Part shown: piece by piece, positions 62,217-64,000 of the stretch | Layout: each line of letters starts with the position of its first letter | Position numbering within the stretch: the first letter of the stretch is position 1 | Assembly (NCBI GenBank): GCA_900316075.1 | Contig: ONBT01000008.1 | Span: 664 to 64,663, forward strand | Source: an uncultured Lachnospiraceae bacterium | GTDB lineage: Bacteria; Bacillota; Clostridia; Lachnospirales; Lachnospiraceae | Direction: 5' to 3' | DNA length: 64,000 nucleotides | The notes under the pieces: generated by a model | The model's input: only the letters and a program-made list of their open reading frames with translations | The model's database searches: none | Told to the model about the DNA's origin: nothing | Program-made: the position numbers and the translations under genes

Positions 62217-62280
62217 TGCATTGTATAATTCCCTTTTCTGGAAGATTCCATACAAATATTTTCTGAGGGCGAAATAGTAT

Positions 62281-63576
62281 ATGGAACAGTTTGTAATCAA
62301 GGGCGGTAAGCCCCTGCACGGGGAAGTAGCCATTGGCGGGGCGAAGAATGCGGCCCTGGCCATTCTGGCGGCGGCGGTCATGACCGACGACACGGTCACG
62401 ATTGAAAACCTCCCCGATGTCCGGGACGTCAATGTCATGCTGGGCGCCATCGAGGGAATCGGCGGCCGGGTGAAGCGGCCGGACCCCCATACGGTCATTA
62501 TCAACGGCTCTGCAATTGAATCGCTGAACGTCGACTACGAATATATCAAGAAAATCCGGGCTTCCTACTATCTCCTTGGCGCCCTGCTCGGCAAGTACAA
62601 GAAGGCAGAGGTCGCCCTTCCCGGCGGCTGTGCCATCGGAAGCCGGCCCATAGACCTCCACCTCAAGGGCTTCCGCGCGCTGGGAGCCGATGTGGATGTA
62701 AGCTACGGGCTGATTTCCGCCGAGGCGGACCGCCTCACAGGGGCCCATATCTATCTGGACAAGGTTTCCGTCGGGGCCACCATCAATATCCTCATGGCGG
62801 CCACATTGGCCGAAGGCAGGACCGTCATTGAAAACGCGGCGAAGGAGCCCCACGTCGTCGATGTGGCAAACTTCCTGAACTCCATGGGAGCCGATATCCG
62901 CGGGGCCGGGACGGACGTGATCCGGATCACCGGCGTTACCCGCCTGCACGGGACAGAGTACTCCGTCATTCCGGATCAGATCGAGGCCGGAACCTTCATG
63001 TTTGCGGCGGCTGCCACCCATGGCGATGTCCTCGTGAAGAATGTCATTCCCAAGCACCTCGAGGCCACGACGGTGAAGCTTCTTGAAACCGGCTGCGAGA
63101 TTGTTGAATTCGACGATGCGGTCCGGGTCATTGCGACAAATACGGTTCTCAGGCCGACTTCCGTCACGACGCTGCCTTATCCGGGCTTTCCCACGGACAT
63201 GCAGCCCCAGATGACGGCTGTTCTGGGCCTGGCGGACGGGGTCTCCACGGTCACGGAGTCCATCTTCGAAAACCGCTTCAAATACGTCGATGAGCTGGCC
63301 CGGATGGGGGCCAATATCAAGACCGAGTCCAATATCGCCATAATTACGGGCGTGCAGGGCTATACCGGGGCCAGGGTGTCCGCTCCGGATCTCCGCGCCG
63401 GCGCCGCTCTTGTGATCGCGGGCCTTGCGGCCGACGGATTCACAACAGTCGACGATATCCACTATATCCAGCGTGGCTATGAAAATTTTGAGGTGAAGCT
63501 CCAGGGCCTGGGCGCCGACATCGAGAAGACGTCGGACGAGCGCGAGGCGCAGAAGTTCCGCCTTCGGGTTTCCTAA
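62281..63576 (+). CDS. murA: UDP-N-acetylglucosamine 1-carboxyvinyltransferase
   Basis: GAKNAALAILAAAVM and catalytic Cys loop LPGGCAIGSRPIDLH. Confidence 0.95.
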   Translation: MEQFVIKGGKPLHGEVAIGGAKNAALAILAAAVMTDDTVTIENLPDVRDVNVMLGAIEGIGGRVKRPDPHTVIINGSAIESLNVDYEYIKKIRASYYLLGALLGKYKKAEVALPGGCAIGSRPIDLHLKGFRALGADVDVSYGLISAEADRLTGAHIYLDKVSVGATINILMAATLAEGRTVIENAAKEPHVVDVANFLNSMGADIRGAGTDVIRITGVTRLHGTEYSVIPDQIEAGTFMFAAAATHGDVLVKNVIPKHLEATTVKLLETGCEIVEFDDAVRVIATNTVLRPTSVTTLPYPGFPTDMQPQMTAVLGLADGVSTVTESIFENRFKYVDELARMGANIKTESNIAIITGVQGYTGARVSAPDLRAGAALVIAGLAADGFTTVDDIHYIQRGYENFEVKLQGLGADIEKTSDEREAQKFRLRVS

Positions 63577-63817
63577 TTCGCCATCAGGGCAGGGAGGGGC
63601 CTTTCCCGGGAAATGCAGTCCCGTCCCGTCTGTCGATGGCTTTCGGATCACCCTTCAGGCAGTCCGGTCGGGCTGCGTGGGGAGTTGGCTATTGTATTTC
63701 GTTTCATATGGATTCCTTTCAGCGGGCAGGGTTCTCCTGTCCGTTTTCTTTTGCCTGCAAACCGGCCGTCAGCTCCTGTCTGTGCACTTGGCAGGGGCTG
63801 CTTTGCCTAGTGTGTTT

Positions 63818-64000
63818 CAGCGTCTGCCCTTGGGCGCGGGGGCCTTGCGGCGGGCATTTTCCTGCTTGTTCTTGCGGACGGTCAGGACGATGGCAATGGA
63901 GGTGAATACGGCCCCGATCAGGAGGAATACGAGGACGACAGGGGAGGCTCCGGAATTGTCTTCGGTGGTTTCGCTGCCAAAGCCGGAAGTGGCCTTGTCG
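63818..64000 (-). CDS. 3' end of a truncated minus-strand gene; C-terminal TM segment plus basic tail
   Basis: My translation of the reverse strand from the window edge gives ..DKATSGFGSETTEDNSGASPVVLVFLLIGAVFTSIAIVLTVRKNKQENARRKAPAPKGRR*, with the stop at 63818-63820. It is not in the ORF track because its start lies outside the window. Confidence 0.4.

Overview
GC-rich, Clostridia-like (Firmicutes) chromosomal segment, judged only from gene content and order because no database search was possible. Most genes are + strand housekeeping genes. They include sua5/tsaC with a ywlE-like gene, dCMP deaminase, a nine-gene V-type ATPase operon, greA, two ABC exporter genes and bioY. Further on are murC, a dnaD/dnaI-like pair, prs, glgCD, pth-mfd, a PrsA/SurA-like lipoprotein and murA. 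Several accessory or unusual stretches interrupt this backbone. (1) At 21.95-23.11 kb, two inverted paralogous copies of an unclassified ~200-nt module (promoter, structured RNA, terminator) face each other across an AT-richer insert. The insert carries one PBECR-like nuclease ORF. This is the best candidate for an undescribed RNA-controlled toxin cassette. (2) At 23.3-35.4 kb there is a surface island: a 3,033-aa MBG-repeat/Fn3 protein with no cell-wall anchor, a class B sortase, and an LRR protein with a non-canonical sorting signal. (3) One family of intergenic tandem repeats (52, 73 and 63 bp units sharing a CATGGGCGGTATTTG / GGG..TTTGC-N8-GCAAG..CCC skeleton) occurs at three loci. (4) A ~945-codon flagellin gene is decayed but keeps a sigma-28-like promoter. 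(5) A Hanks-type kinase is fused to a Lys-less MinD/ParA-like domain, with a paralogous stand-alone partner. (6) The ywlE-like phosphatase lacks the catalytic Cys. (7) An exact AT-rich 12-mer recurs at gene boundaries. No rRNA, tRNA, CRISPR array or transposase-bearing IS was seen. Many long antisense ORFs in the track are GC-driven shadows.
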